IMG/VR virus record: IMGVR_UViG_3300034101_006325
Location: 128,001-192,000 of that record
Source: a virus
Taxonomy: Duplodnaviria > Caudoviricetes
Length of the DNA: 64,000 nucleotides
Reading direction: 5' to 3' (one strand)
In this document: piece after piece, positions 19,173 to 28,207 of the stretch
Numbering within the stretch: the first letter of the stretch is position 1
Layout: each line of letters begins with the position of its first letter
Translations under genes and position numbers: made by a program
The notes under the pieces: generated by a model
Told to the model about the DNA's origin: nothing
Database searches by the model: none
Seen by the model: the letters and a program-made list of their open reading frames with translations, nothing else

Positions 19173-19203
19173 ATTATATTATGCTTAAACAACAAAGTGT
19201 CAA
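19173..19203 (-). promoter_or_regulatory. Putative sigma70-type promoter for phoH
   Basis: TTGACA (19198-19203) followed by TAATAT at a 16-nt spacer or TATAAT at a 19-nt spacer. Confidence 0.45.
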
Positions 19204-19230
19204 GTTTGTAATTTGAATTTAACTGATAAG

Positions 19231-19497
19231 ATGAAAAACAAGAAGCTAAAGATCATTCAAACAAACGAGACATGCTATAATCTTCATGAAAGACACAATG
19301 TGTCTTGTCACAAAAAGACTTGTAGTAGCTGGATTAACTATTCAGAATCTAAGAACTGTGCAATAATTGCTTCAAAGTCAGGTCCAAAGACCCTGCAAGA
19401 AATTGGCAAGATCTATGGCCTGACTCGAATGAGAATCTGTCAAATAGAAAAAAATATCTACGAAAAAATAAAAAATATAATTCAAAATAATTTATGA
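19231..19497 (+). CDS. Small protein with Cys/His cluster and sigma70 region-4-like HTH
   Basis: TLQEIGKIYGLTRMRICQIEKNIYEKIK matches the sigma4.2 pattern. N-terminal C..H...C...C..W.....C. Confidence 0.7.
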   Translation: MKNKKLKIIQTNETCYNLHERHNVSCHKKTCSSWINYSESKNCAIIASKSGPKTLQEIGKIYGLTRMRICQIEKNIYEKIKNIIQNNL

Positions 19498-19767
19498 TTA
19501 TTTTTTTGTCTTTTTCGTTGATGTCTTGGGTGTTTTTTTGTCATCCAGAGTAGGTGTGCTTTCATTTACCAAATTTTTTTCTTGATTTTCAGATGATTTT
19601 GCTTGAAAAGCAAAATTTAATTTTTCTTGAAAATTTTCATCTTTAACTTCAGATTTATTTGGATCATTTAAAGACAACTTACCTTTTTCGTTAAGAACAT
19701 AGTCTTTTGTTGGGTCTAAATCATTGGTAGCAATTTCTATCAATCTTGCTTTATTATGATGTCTCAT
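19498..19767 (-). CDS. Hypothetical protein with Lys-rich tail
   Basis: ATG at 19767 just downstream of the Hc1 stop, preferred to 19815. Confidence 0.5.
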   Translation of the reverse strand: MRHHNKARLIEIATNDLDPTKDYVLNEKGKLSLNDPNKSEVKDENFQEKLNFAFQAKSSENQEKNLVNESTPTLDDKKTPKTSTKKTKK

Positions 19768-19777
19768 AAAGATGCTC

Positions 19778-19981
19778 TCACTTATTTTCTTGCTTAGATG
19801 ATTTTTCAAGTTCAATTGTAAGCTTGACGAGCTCTTTTGATTTTGTCTGAAGAGCTCTCAAACCTTTTCTAGCTCTAACTCCAGCTGCTGAAACGCCTCT
19901 TGCATTTTTTGCAATATCAACTTCTAAAGCTTCAACTAAAGATTTAAGCTCATTCCACTTTAATAACACGTCATTTTCCAT
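19778..19981 (-). CDS. Hc1-like (chlamydial/Bacteroidota histone H1-like) protein, core domain only
   Basis: WNELKSLVEALEVDIAKNARGVSAAGVRARKGL resembles the Hc1 N-terminal domain (LLESIQ..L.KAEKGNKAAAQRVR). GGAG SD. Confidence 0.72.
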   Translation of the reverse strand: MENDVLLKWNELKSLVEALEVDIAKNARGVSAAGVRARKGLRALQTKSKELVKLTIELEKSSKQENK

Positions 19982-20009
19982 TTAAGTAACTCCTATAATT
20001 GTACATAGA

Positions 20010-21653
20010 TTATAAAACATCAAATTCTTTTGGAAACATTCTACTATTATTTTTATAGAATCTTTCCCAATCTGTGTCTAGTATATATGACACAGCATGG
20101 TCAGATTCATTCCTAATGGATCTACCAAGAGATTGTATGACAGACTTAGCAGTCATATATGGATACCAAAACTTATTTTTTTCCATTCTTTTCTTGACAA
20201 CTAAATCTCCTAAATAAGGAAAAGGTATCTTGCAGATAATCTGAAATCTACTAAAATCATCGTATAAGTCTACGCCTTCCATCATTGAAGGGCTCAATAG
20301 AACAGTAGGCTCAATACTTTGTAAGTGTTTTTTCAAAACTTCTTCTCTATTGAGAGAATCATGAATCATTAACCTTTCATTTAGAACATTCTCTTGAATG
20401 TATTTAGCAACTTTATAATTGGTACAATGAATTATGCCTTTTTCTTTTGAATGTTTTTCTAATAGCATTCTGATAACTTCTGCAATCTTAGGAAGAGAAG
20501 CATCAATGTTATTTTTAGACATTGATCCTACAGGCAAAAAGTGTATAGGCCTATTTTTAGCAGGAAAAGGCGACGGTATTGAAAGGTAAGCAACATCATC
20601 ACTTTTTAGACCGATTGATTGACAAAAAATATCTTTATCAACAATTGTTGCTGACATTAAGAGAACCCTACCCCCTAATTTAAAAAAATAGTCATTTGAA
20701 TATTGAGATATATCAATAGGCTTAAATTCGTATTTTTTCCCTGCTTTTTTATTTTCAAAAGCAGGTATAACAATATTCATAACCCAATTGTCTGGTTTAT
20801 ATGATTCTACAAATTGATCTAATTTACTCAGATGTTTTTCGAGCATTTCGTATTGCTTTGAGAAAACTCCGTATCCTTCTACATCTCCACTCAGTTTAAC
20901 CAATGATTTTTCAATATCATTGATGTATTTTTTTGCAGATTTTCTGTAAGAAGTTCTTATCCAATCAAAAATTGCTGATTGAGACTCGGACTTTGGCGGT
21001 CGACATTTGAGTACATCTTTTGAAAATTTTTCTGAAAATGTTACTTCAATAAATTTTCCTAATTCTGACTCTACATTGTGTGCCTCATCAACAACTAACA
21101 TGCCTCTAGGTTCAAGCTTGCCAGAATAAGTTGATTCAGCTAGCAAGTATGGAAAATTTGTTACTGCGAGTGGTGAATCAATAAATTCTTGTTTTTCTAT
21201 TGAGTATTTGCACTGTTGTTTACAATGCTTTTGAAATTCTGTTCCATTGAGTTGTTTACCTAGTTTTGTTAGGATTCTTTTTGACTCTGCACATGATTGA
21301 TCTGTATAAAAAGAACAAGTATAGTTGTTTGAAGATTTAATAGATTTAACTAGATTTTTATTAGTTTGTTCTCCAAAATCTCTCAAATATTGTTCTTGTA
21401 GAATTTTTTGTGTAGTTACAATATAAGCACCAGTCAGTGGATCTCCTGCTTCATTTTTTACAGTATTGCCATGCATTTCCATATAACGTGCAATGGTAAT
21501 ACCAGTGGCAGACTTGCCTACTCCTGTACCAAGTTCAAGAATTACAGTTCTTTTTCCTTTCTCAAAAGCATCTATTGCAAATTCAATTGCTTTTTTTTGT
21601 TCATTTCTTATTTTAGAAAAAGGAAAGTACTTTAAGTAATCATGAGTAGGCAT
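20010..21653 (-). CDS. DinG/Rad3-family SF2 helicase
   Basis: ELGTGVGKS, VVDEAH, LLMSAT, EGVDL, QSLGRSIRNESD. Cys cluster consistent with an Fe-S domain. Confidence 0.9.
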   Translation of the reverse strand: MPTHDYLKYFPFSKIRNEQKKAIEFAIDAFEKGKRTVILELGTGVGKSATGITIARYMEMHGNTVKNEAGDPLTGAYIVTTQKILQEQYLRDFGEQTNKNLVKSIKSSNNYTCSFYTDQSCAESKRILTKLGKQLNGTEFQKHCKQQCKYSIEKQEFIDSPLAVTNFPYLLAESTYSGKLEPRGMLVVDEAHNVESELGKFIEVTFSEKFSKDVLKCRPPKSESQSAIFDWIRTSYRKSAKKYINDIEKSLVKLSGDVEGYGVFSKQYEMLEKHLSKLDQFVESYKPDNWVMNIVIPAFENKKAGKKYEFKPIDISQYSNDYFFKLGGRVLLMSATIVDKDIFCQSIGLKSDDVAYLSIPSPFPAKNRPIHFLPVGSMSKNNIDASLPKIAEVIRMLLEKHSKEKGIIHCTNYKVAKYIQENVLNERLMIHDSLNREEVLKKHLQSIEPTVLLSPSMMEGVDLYDDFSRFQIICKIPFPYLGDLVVKKRMEKNKFWYPYMTAKSVIQSLGRSIRNESDHAVSYILDTDWERFYKNNSRMFPKEFDVL

Positions 21654-21702
21654 ACTAAACTGTTATACAACAGTCAACTGATATTTTGCATTTAGCAAAT
21701 TA

Positions 21703-22296
21703 TCAATTTTCACCAATGACTTTGTCAACAATTCCTAGCTTCACAGCTTGTTCCGGAGTCAAAAAACAGTCATGTCCTGCTTTCATCAGGTCGTCAATTT
21801 CTTCTTTTTTCATTGTTGTTTCTGAAAGAAGTGCTGATGTCATGAGTTCCTGAAGTCTTGTAAACTCTTTCATCTCATTCATTGCTTCAAAAACATTGCC
21901 AATTACTCCACCTGAAATTGGATGTATCATGATCCTTGCAGACTTACCAATCATTCGCTTGCCTTTAACACCAGAAGCTAAAAGAAGAACTCCGGCTGAC
22001 ATGACCTTGCCTAAGGCAATAGTGTGAACTGGGCATGGCAAGAATTTGATGGTATCATAGAGCGAAAACATCTCGTCGACTGATCCACCATACGTAGAAA
22101 TTACAAGATGAATTGGCTTGTGATTTTGATTAGCCAATTGAAGCATTTGAACTATTACATTGCAAATAGAAGCTTCATTGACTTCTCCGTGTAGAACGAC
22201 CAACCTGGCATCTGGACCTGATTGAGAAGACGTTGTATAAATAATTTCTTCTAAACTATTAGATTTACCACTTTTAATATTAGTAGGTCTTCCCAT
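21703..22296 (-). CDS. clpP: ClpP-family serine protease
   Basis: ISTYGGSV, MSAG (Ser), IMIHP (His), HDCFLTPEQAVKLGIVD (Asp). Confidence 0.92.
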   Translation of the reverse strand: MGRPTNIKSGKSNSLEEIIYTTSSQSGPDARLVVLHGEVNEASICNVIVQMLQLANQNHKPIHLVISTYGGSVDEMFSLYDTIKFLPCPVHTIALGKVMSAGVLLLASGVKGKRMIGKSARIMIHPISGGVIGNVFEAMNEMKEFTRLQELMTSALLSETTMKKEEIDDLMKAGHDCFLTPEQAVKLGIVDKVIGEN

Positions 22297-22529
22297 TACT
22301 TTGTTCCTTCATAGACGTGAGTCATATTGATATTAGGGTTCATTTCTTTTAAAATTGATGTTAATTCTTGCATCTTTTCGACATCTTCTAGTTCTAATGC
22401 AAGATAATACATAATAAGCCATCTTTGTCGTTCAGTTATTCCAAAATTATTTATTTCTAAAATAATTTTCCTTGCTTGATTATTTTCTTCAGCAAGTTTA
22501 TCTGACATAGTTTGTCCATATGAATTCAT
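22296..22529 (-). CDS. Hypothetical protein
   Basis: 77 aa ORF with coupled overlaps on both sides. Confidence 0.6.
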   Translation of the reverse strand: MNSYGQTMSDKLAEENNQARKIILEINNFGITERQRWLIMYYLALELEDVEKMQELTSILKEMNPNINMTHVYEGTK

Positions 22530-22999
22530 GAAATAACTCCTGAAGATCTTGTGAAATTCTCTACTTTACAAATTGATTCTCCTAGAATTCTAATATATTT
22601 TCCGTATATTTCATCATTTTCAGCGTCTGTAGATAGAACAACATAGTTACCCCATTGTTTATTTTCTACTATAAACTGAACTGATTCCCAAGTAGCTAAA
22701 TCAGCATTATTGGCTTCAAGTATCGATGAAAAATTTGAATGAAGAGAAGGTTTAATATCTTCTAATTTAATTAAAGAATTCATATTTTCTTTGCCTGTCT
22801 GAATCTCAGACTTGCATATGTCGACTATTTTATGAATAACTCCACAATTGTTGCATTGTGAATATTTTGTTTCAATAGTTTGATCTTCTTCATTCAAAAC
22901 AGAAAAAACTATGAAATGATGCGGTGGTGGATTTTGCCTCTGTTTAAATTGAGGTAAAATACAACGACATTTTATTAAATGTTTTTGACCAATTTTCAT
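22526..22999 (-). CDS. Hypothetical protein, possible zinc-binding
   Basis: CRC, CNNC...H and further Cys residues; ATGA overlaps. Confidence 0.6.
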   Translation of the reverse strand: MKIGQKHLIKCRCILPQFKQRQNPPPHHFIVFSVLNEEDQTIETKYSQCNNCGVIHKIVDICKSEIQTGKENMNSLIKLEDIKPSLHSNFSSILEANNADLATWESVQFIVENKQWGNYVVLSTDAENDEIYGKYIRILGESICKVENFTRSSGVIS

Positions 23000-23208
23000 C
23001 TTTTGGTAATGTACTCTATATTTTTCTGGAAGTTACTAATTCCTCTATGGTAACTTTGTTCTATTGAATTGTCTATGACTTCTAAGAGTTTATTTAATTG
23101 CTCTGAATTTAATCCCAAGTTCATTTCAATGACATTATTTTTTGTAACATCCTTGGAATAATTGACAAGATTTAGTACTTCTTTTGAAATTTTATCTAAA
23201 TGATTCAT
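22996..23208 (-). CDS. Hypothetical protein
   Basis: 70 aa ORF, ATGA overlap with the downstream gene. Confidence 0.55.
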   Translation of the reverse strand: MNHLDKISKEVLNLVNYSKDVTKNNVIEMNLGLNSEQLNKLLEVIDNSIEQSYHRGISNFQKNIEYITKR

Positions 23209-23248
23209 GTTGTAAAGATAAATTTAATTACTAAAAAATGTGTGTAAA

Positions 23249-24394
23249 CTAACAAATAATTCCTCCGATGTCTGAAAGTACATTGAGATATTTCTTTGAA
23301 TAAAAATTACCAGAATGAACGCTGGCTAGAGGATAAATTTCATTTTCAAATTCGGCAATACCATAGTTTAAAGCTGATTTAAAGCTTCTAATTGCATTAT
23401 CTAATTGATAATATTCTTTTGATTTTTCTTTTGAGTTTGGTATTTTAATTGAAATTTGATTTTGACCTAGTCTTTGAATTCTTTTTCTTATAGTCTCTTC
23501 GATTAAGTTATTTTCTGATTCTATAATTTTTTGCTGTAAATTTTTGATATGATTGTCAACAAAAATTGATCGATTATTTATCAATATTCCTTCTTTTGAT
23601 AGACTGATTTTTTCGATTCTTTTTAAGTTTTCTATTGATATGTTGCTTATTAAATTTCCTTTTTGGGTATTGATGACATCAGAATTGCAACAAACAGCTA
23701 TGTCATTAAGCAGATTAATTCCTTCTAAATCAAATTTAACTGCTATTGGAATAATTTTTAGAGTTTTTCTATCAAAATTAACTTTTAAAGTATGAATAAC
23801 TTCATCAGAAAAACCTCTGGCAAAAATTACATAGTATTCTTCTGTCTTTGCAGTCAATTCAAGAAAATGATGAATTTCAGAAACTGATTCTACAAAACCG
23901 TCTATCAAAGAAACTTTGACATCAAAAAATAAATTTTCTTTGATTAAAAATAACGAAGTTATTCCTTCGAAAAAGAAACCATTAGTAACTTCAATATAAG
24001 AAGTATTTGAATTAGAAGTATCTAAAGTTATCTTGGAATGTATTGAAGATAATTTAATTGATTCTAAAATCAAATTTTTAAGTTTGGCGTCGCCAATTTT
24101 AACGATATGATCAATATCATTTTTTTTAAAAAGTCTAGATCTATAATTTTGTGTATTGATATTTTTTATATTTTCAAAAAAAAATTTTGAAGAATAAGGA
24201 GAAGTTCTTTCAGAACAGATCAAATGCTCTGATAAAATATCAAAAATAACTTTTTGTGGAATTGTTAGAGAATTTCTAAGACTTTTTAAGTTTTGTAAAT
24301 TAATTCTATCATCTTTAAAAGAAGATTCTATTACTAGATTTTCAATAATCTTCTTTTCTTTATTGATAAATTCTTGTTTGTATAGATTTTCCAC
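23249..24394 (-). CDS. Degenerate GroEL/Cpn60-like protein lacking ATP-binding motifs
   Basis: Colinear by eye with the GroEL intermediate/apical domains (YVIFARGFSDEVIHTLKVN ~ LLIIAEDVEGEALATLVVN; LLNDIAV ~ MLQDIAT; KRIQRLG ~ ERVAKLA). No GDGTTT; only 381 aa. Confidence 0.75.
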   Translation of the reverse strand: MENLYKQEFINKEKKIIENLVIESSFKDDRINLQNLKSLRNSLTIPQKVIFDILSEHLICSERTSPYSSKFFFENIKNINTQNYRSRLFKKNDIDHIVKIGDAKLKNLILESIKLSSIHSKITLDTSNSNTSYIEVTNGFFFEGITSLFLIKENLFFDVKVSLIDGFVESVSEIHHFLELTAKTEEYYVIFARGFSDEVIHTLKVNFDRKTLKIIPIAVKFDLEGINLLNDIAVCCNSDVINTQKGNLISNISIENLKRIEKISLSKEGILINNRSIFVDNHIKNLQQKIIESENNLIEETIRKRIQRLGQNQISIKIPNSKEKSKEYYQLDNAIRSFKSALNYGIAEFENEIYPLASVHSGNFYSKKYLNVLSDIGGIIC

Positions 24395-24429
24395 AAATCT
24401 ATATTTTAACTATTGATATAATATGTACA

Positions 24430-24993
24430 CTATTTTAATATAACAAAAGTGTAAATAACTTTAAACATTACTGTAATTATTCCACCTCCAACTGCTGCTA
24501 AAAACCATTTAGCTAAACCTACAGTTGAAGTTTTAAACTTATCTAAGTTTTCTATAGAATTTTGTATATCATTAATCTTTAAATTAAATTTATCACCATT
24601 ATTTTCATTTTGTTCAAATAATTTTTCTTTTTGTTCTTTCCACGATGACAGTTCAACAACTTGCTTTTCAACTTCTGAAATTGAAGCATTTTGATCAACT
24701 TTATTTATAGTGATTCTGGCAAAAAGTCCATCGTCTGGGTCGTAGATTGCATCATGAATTTTATCAACTTTATTGGCAATAATATTTTGATTATTTTCAA
24801 TACTGTCAATTTTATACAACAATTTATCAAAGCCGCCATTTAAAGCTGCACTTCTTTCAAGTTTTTGTTGTATATTTTGAAGAAGACGTTGTGAGATGAT
24901 AGGATCTTCTTCACTGTCATCATGAATAAATTTTTGAGCCTGACGAACAGTTTTTTTGTTCATTTTCTTCTCTTTTAAATATAAGTTGAACAT
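24430..24993 (-). CDS. Coiled-coil protein with a C-terminal transmembrane segment (holin/XhlA-like topology)
   Basis: Heptad-rich body; hydrophobic end WFLAAVGGGIITVMFKVIYTFVIL. Start may be ATG 24963. Confidence 0.5.
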   Translation of the reverse strand: MFNLYLKEKKMNKKTVRQAQKFIHDDSEEDPIISQRLLQNIQQKLERSAALNGGFDKLLYKIDSIENNQNIIANKVDKIHDAIYDPDDGLFARITINKVDQNASISEVEKQVVELSSWKEQKEKLFEQNENNGDKFNLKINDIQNSIENLDKFKTSTVGLAKWFLAAVGGGIITVMFKVIYTFVILK

Positions 24994-25078
24994 TAAAATT
25001 TCTTAGATATTTTATAAATTTTTATTAAATAAAATTTACTAAATATACTAAATTTAAATAATAAGAGTAAGAGATAGT
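24994..25078. promoter_or_regulatory. Divergent, extremely AT-rich intergenic region with three TAAATA copies on the plus strand
   Basis: Strand switch point. TAAATA is the core of the T4 late promoter TATAAATA; weak because of AT richness. Confidence 0.4.
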
Positions 25079-26995
25079 ATGACTAATCTAAATTTTAAAG
25101 AAAATATTTTTGGTGTTAAGAGTAAGCTGGATCCAGAGGCTCATGTAATTGTTGTCGCAGATTTATTTGTAGAAGATTATGTGGGAGGAGCGGAATTAAC
25201 CACTGAAGCCTTAATCAATACTTCTACATTAAAAATTCAAAAAGTTAGAAGCAGAGATGTCAACATAGAAATGCTTCGTGAAGGAGTTTCCAAGTTTTGG
25301 GTATTTGGAAATTTTGCGGGTCTTAACCCTCAATTATTACCAACAATTATTGGTAATCTTAAATATACAGTTCTTGAATACGATTACAAGTATTGCAAAT
25401 ATCGATCCCCAGAAAAACATTTGTCAGTTACAAAATCTTCATGTGACTGTCATGAACAAATGAATGGCAAGTTGGTTTCAGCATTTTATTATGGTGCCAC
25501 TTGCTTATGGTGGATGTCGGAAGCTCAAAAAGAAAAGTATCACAGCATTTTTCCTTTCCTGGCGGAAAAATCAAACATAGTTTTGTCCAGCGTTTTTTCT
25601 AGAGAAACACTCGGAAGAATTAAGTTTCTTAGAGAAAAGTTTAAAAATGAAGAAAAGAAAGGGTGGATTGTCCTAGGATCTGATTCATGGATCAAAGGCG
25701 CAGATGCTGCAAAGAATTGGTGCGAAGAAAACAATAAAGATTATGAGGTTGTGTGGGGATTATCTTATGAAGAACTTTTGGCAAAATTGTCAGTATCAGA
25801 AGGATTTGTTTATCTACCCCTTGGAAAAGATACATGCCCCCGCATGGTTATAGAAGCAAAGTTGTTAGGATGCAATCTTCATCTTAATGAAAATGTCCAG
25901 CATAAAGACGAAGAGTGGTTTAATACTGACAATCTAGACGAGATAGAAGAATATCTTTATGCTGCGCCAGATTTATTTTGGAATGCAATAAGGACAATAA
26001 TAAGTTATAAGCCAAAGATAAGTGGTTACACGACAGTTTATAATGCAGAATCGCAAGGTTATCCTTTTGTTGAGACTGTTAAGTCTATGTTAGGATTTTG
26101 TGATGAAGTATGCGTTTTGGACGGAGGGTCAACAGACAACACGTACAGCATTCTTCAAGAATTAGCAAAAAATGACGACAGAATAAAATTGTCTGTACAT
26201 AGAATTAACTTTGAATCACCCGACTATGCTAGAGAATCAGACGGGATGCAAAAAGCAAGAGCAAGAGATCTTTGTACGGGAGAATTTTGTTGGCAAATGG
26301 ATTGTGATGAAGTAGTACACGAAGAAGATTATGAAAAAATCATAGACCTTTGCAAAAAATTTCCAAATGGTATAGATCTAGTCTGTCTTCCTGTGGTTGA
26401 ATATTGGGGAGGACCTAACAAAGTAAGAGCTGATATTATGCCATGGAAGTGGCGTTTAAGTAGAAATAAGAAGAACATTACACATGGTGTCCCAAGAGAT
26501 GCTTCTTTGTTAGGTGAAAATAATTTAATATCAAGCGATGGCTGTGACATTGTGGACAGAGAAACAAATGAAAGAATTCAAAGCATTAATTTTTACAATG
26601 CTCAGATTGACACGATACGAAGAATGGCTGTTTCAGGTAACGCCGAGGCATTGAGCAAATATGAGACTTGGTACAATGCAGTCTCAGAAAATATACCTAC
26701 AGTATATCATTACAGCTGGTATGACATGGAAAGAAAAATTAGACTTTATAAAAATTATTGGTCTAAATTTTGGATAAATCTCGTTGGTAAGCAATACGAA
26801 GACACCGCAGAAAACAATATGATGTTTGATGTTCCTTGGCATCAAGTAACAGACGAGATGATTAAGGAAAGAGCGAAGGAATTTTCTGACAAATTAGGCG
26901 GCTGGATTTGGCATAGAAAATGGGACGGAGCTACAATCACACATTCTGTGAATATAAAAAGATCTCAGCCAAAGATCATGTTGGAGAAAAAATGA
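25079..26995 (+). CDS. Bifunctional glycosyltransferase (GT-B/GT4-like N-domain + GT-A/GT2 C-domain)
   Basis: GGAELT and CPRMVIEAKLLG (GT-B); ISGYTTVYN, VLDGGSTD, WQMDCDEV (GT2). Confidence 0.82.
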   Translation: MTNLNFKENIFGVKSKLDPEAHVIVVADLFVEDYVGGAELTTEALINTSTLKIQKVRSRDVNIEMLREGVSKFWVFGNFAGLNPQLLPTIIGNLKYTVLEYDYKYCKYRSPEKHLSVTKSSCDCHEQMNGKLVSAFYYGATCLWWMSEAQKEKYHSIFPFLAEKSNIVLSSVFSRETLGRIKFLREKFKNEEKKGWIVLGSDSWIKGADAAKNWCEENNKDYEVVWGLSYEELLAKLSVSEGFVYLPLGKDTCPRMVIEAKLLGCNLHLNENVQHKDEEWFNTDNLDEIEEYLYAAPDLFWNAIRTIISYKPKISGYTTVYNAESQGYPFVETVKSMLGFCDEVCVLDGGSTDNTYSILQELAKNDDRIKLSVHRINFESPDYARESDGMQKARARDLCTGEFCWQMDCDEVVHEEDYEKIIDLCKKFPNGIDLVCLPVVEYWGGPNKVRADIMPWKWRLSRNKKNITHGVPRDASLLGENNLISSDGCDIVDRETNERIQSINFYNAQIDTIRRMAVSGNAEALSKYETWYNAVSENIPTVYHYSWYDMERKIRLYKNYWSKFWINLVGKQYEDTAENNMMFDVPWHQVTDEMIKERAKEFSDKLGGWIWHRKWDGATITHSVNIKRSQPKIMLEKK

Positions 26996-27348
26996 AAAAT
27001 ATCCATGAGTCAATCAGTAATCTTTTGACTGTTAAATTAAATTCATACAAAGAAAAATCCCTTAATAAAGAAATTTGCATAAAAATATATCAGGATATAT
27101 TTGATTGTTTTGTCAATTTATTTCAAGAATCAAATATCAAAATTTCAAATGAATCAATGAATTTATTATCACAAATGTATTATGACGCTGTCAAGATTAA
27201 TTCAACGCAGGATCTAGATCCAGGAATCTTTGATAAAAGAGCATCAATAAAAAATATTGAAACCAAAGAATTGGCTCTTTTAGCAACTATGTTAAATGGT
27301 ACTGTTTTTTCTGAACCTATAATTTATGAGATAAAGAGGCGATCTTGA
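26992..27348 (+). CDS. Hypothetical protein
   Basis: ATG at 26992 overlaps the upstream TGA (ATGA); 118 aa. Confidence 0.6.
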   Translation: MKNIHESISNLLTVKLNSYKEKSLNKEICIKIYQDIFDCFVNLFQESNIKISNESMNLLSQMYYDAVKINSTQDLDPGIFDKRASIKNIETKELALLATMLNGTVFSEPIIYEIKRRS

Positions 27349-28193
27349 TAATTGTCACAAATGACTACGGATGTGGCACATCTTCATCTATAATAGACTA
27401 CAATTTACAAAATTATTGCATAGTATCAGAAGAAAATTGGGAACATGTTTTTGATTTAGATGATGATGTTCTTTTGGTAGGTCATGATTTTCTTTTCTAC
27501 ATGTGGGATACACAAGAAAAAGTAGAAAGATGGAAGAAATTTCAACATGCTAAAATTTTATGGTGTTTTGAAAGAGTAGATGCCATATTTGCCGAATGGC
27601 TGGCAAAAAGTCATTTTAGCATAAAAATGGCATCACAATTTGTTGATTCCATCTATGCTTGCGATGAAGATGATTGCAACAAATATGGATTTAAATGGTT
27701 GCCTCAGTGGGCATCAAATAAATTTTATGAAAAAAGAGGCATTAATCCTACAAAAGGAAACACCATACTCTTTAGCGGCCAAGCAGGAAAAATTGAATAC
27801 AAACCAAGAACTGCTCTTCTGCAACAAATTTTTCATGACAAAGATATTAAAGATTTGTTTTATATTAGCAACATAACAAGAGAACTGACATGGGATCAAT
27901 ACATTGACAACTTTCTTAGTTATAAAATAATACTAAACCCCGTGGGAACTCTTAAGGCATTAAACACAAGAGCTTATGAAGCTCTTTATTCAGGAAGAAT
28001 TCTTCTTCAACACACGGCAGGCGAATATAAAAGACACGAAGAAATGTTGTCAGAAACTCCTCATGTATTATTTTTTAAAAATTACGACGAATTAAAACAA
28101 AAAATAAAACAAATAGATTTGTGTAAAATAAATGCCGATTTAGCATTTAAAGACAATAATCTTGTTGAACGTCTTCAAAGAATAAAAATTTAA
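27345..28193 (+). CDS. Glycosyltransferase, GT-B (CgeB/Glyco_trans_1_2-like C-domain)
   Basis: FSGQ...YKPR and YKIILNP...LNTRAYEALYSG. Confidence 0.72.
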   Translation: MIIVTNDYGCGTSSSIIDYNLQNYCIVSEENWEHVFDLDDDVLLVGHDFLFYMWDTQEKVERWKKFQHAKILWCFERVDAIFAEWLAKSHFSIKMASQFVDSIYACDEDDCNKYGFKWLPQWASNKFYEKRGINPTKGNTILFSGQAGKIEYKPRTALLQQIFHDKDIKDLFYISNITRELTWDQYIDNFLSYKIILNPVGTLKALNTRAYEALYSGRILLQHTAGEYKRHEEMLSETPHVLFFKNYDELKQKIKQIDLCKINADLAFKDNNLVERLQRIKI

Positions 28194-28207
28194 TTATATA
28201 AAAATTC

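Noticed and set aside
19498-19981. Hc1 core plus the downstream Lys-rich ORF as one frameshifted full-length Hc1
   Set aside because: Different frames; Hc1 has a clean stop, the next gene has its own ATG, and its body does not resemble the Hc1 tail.
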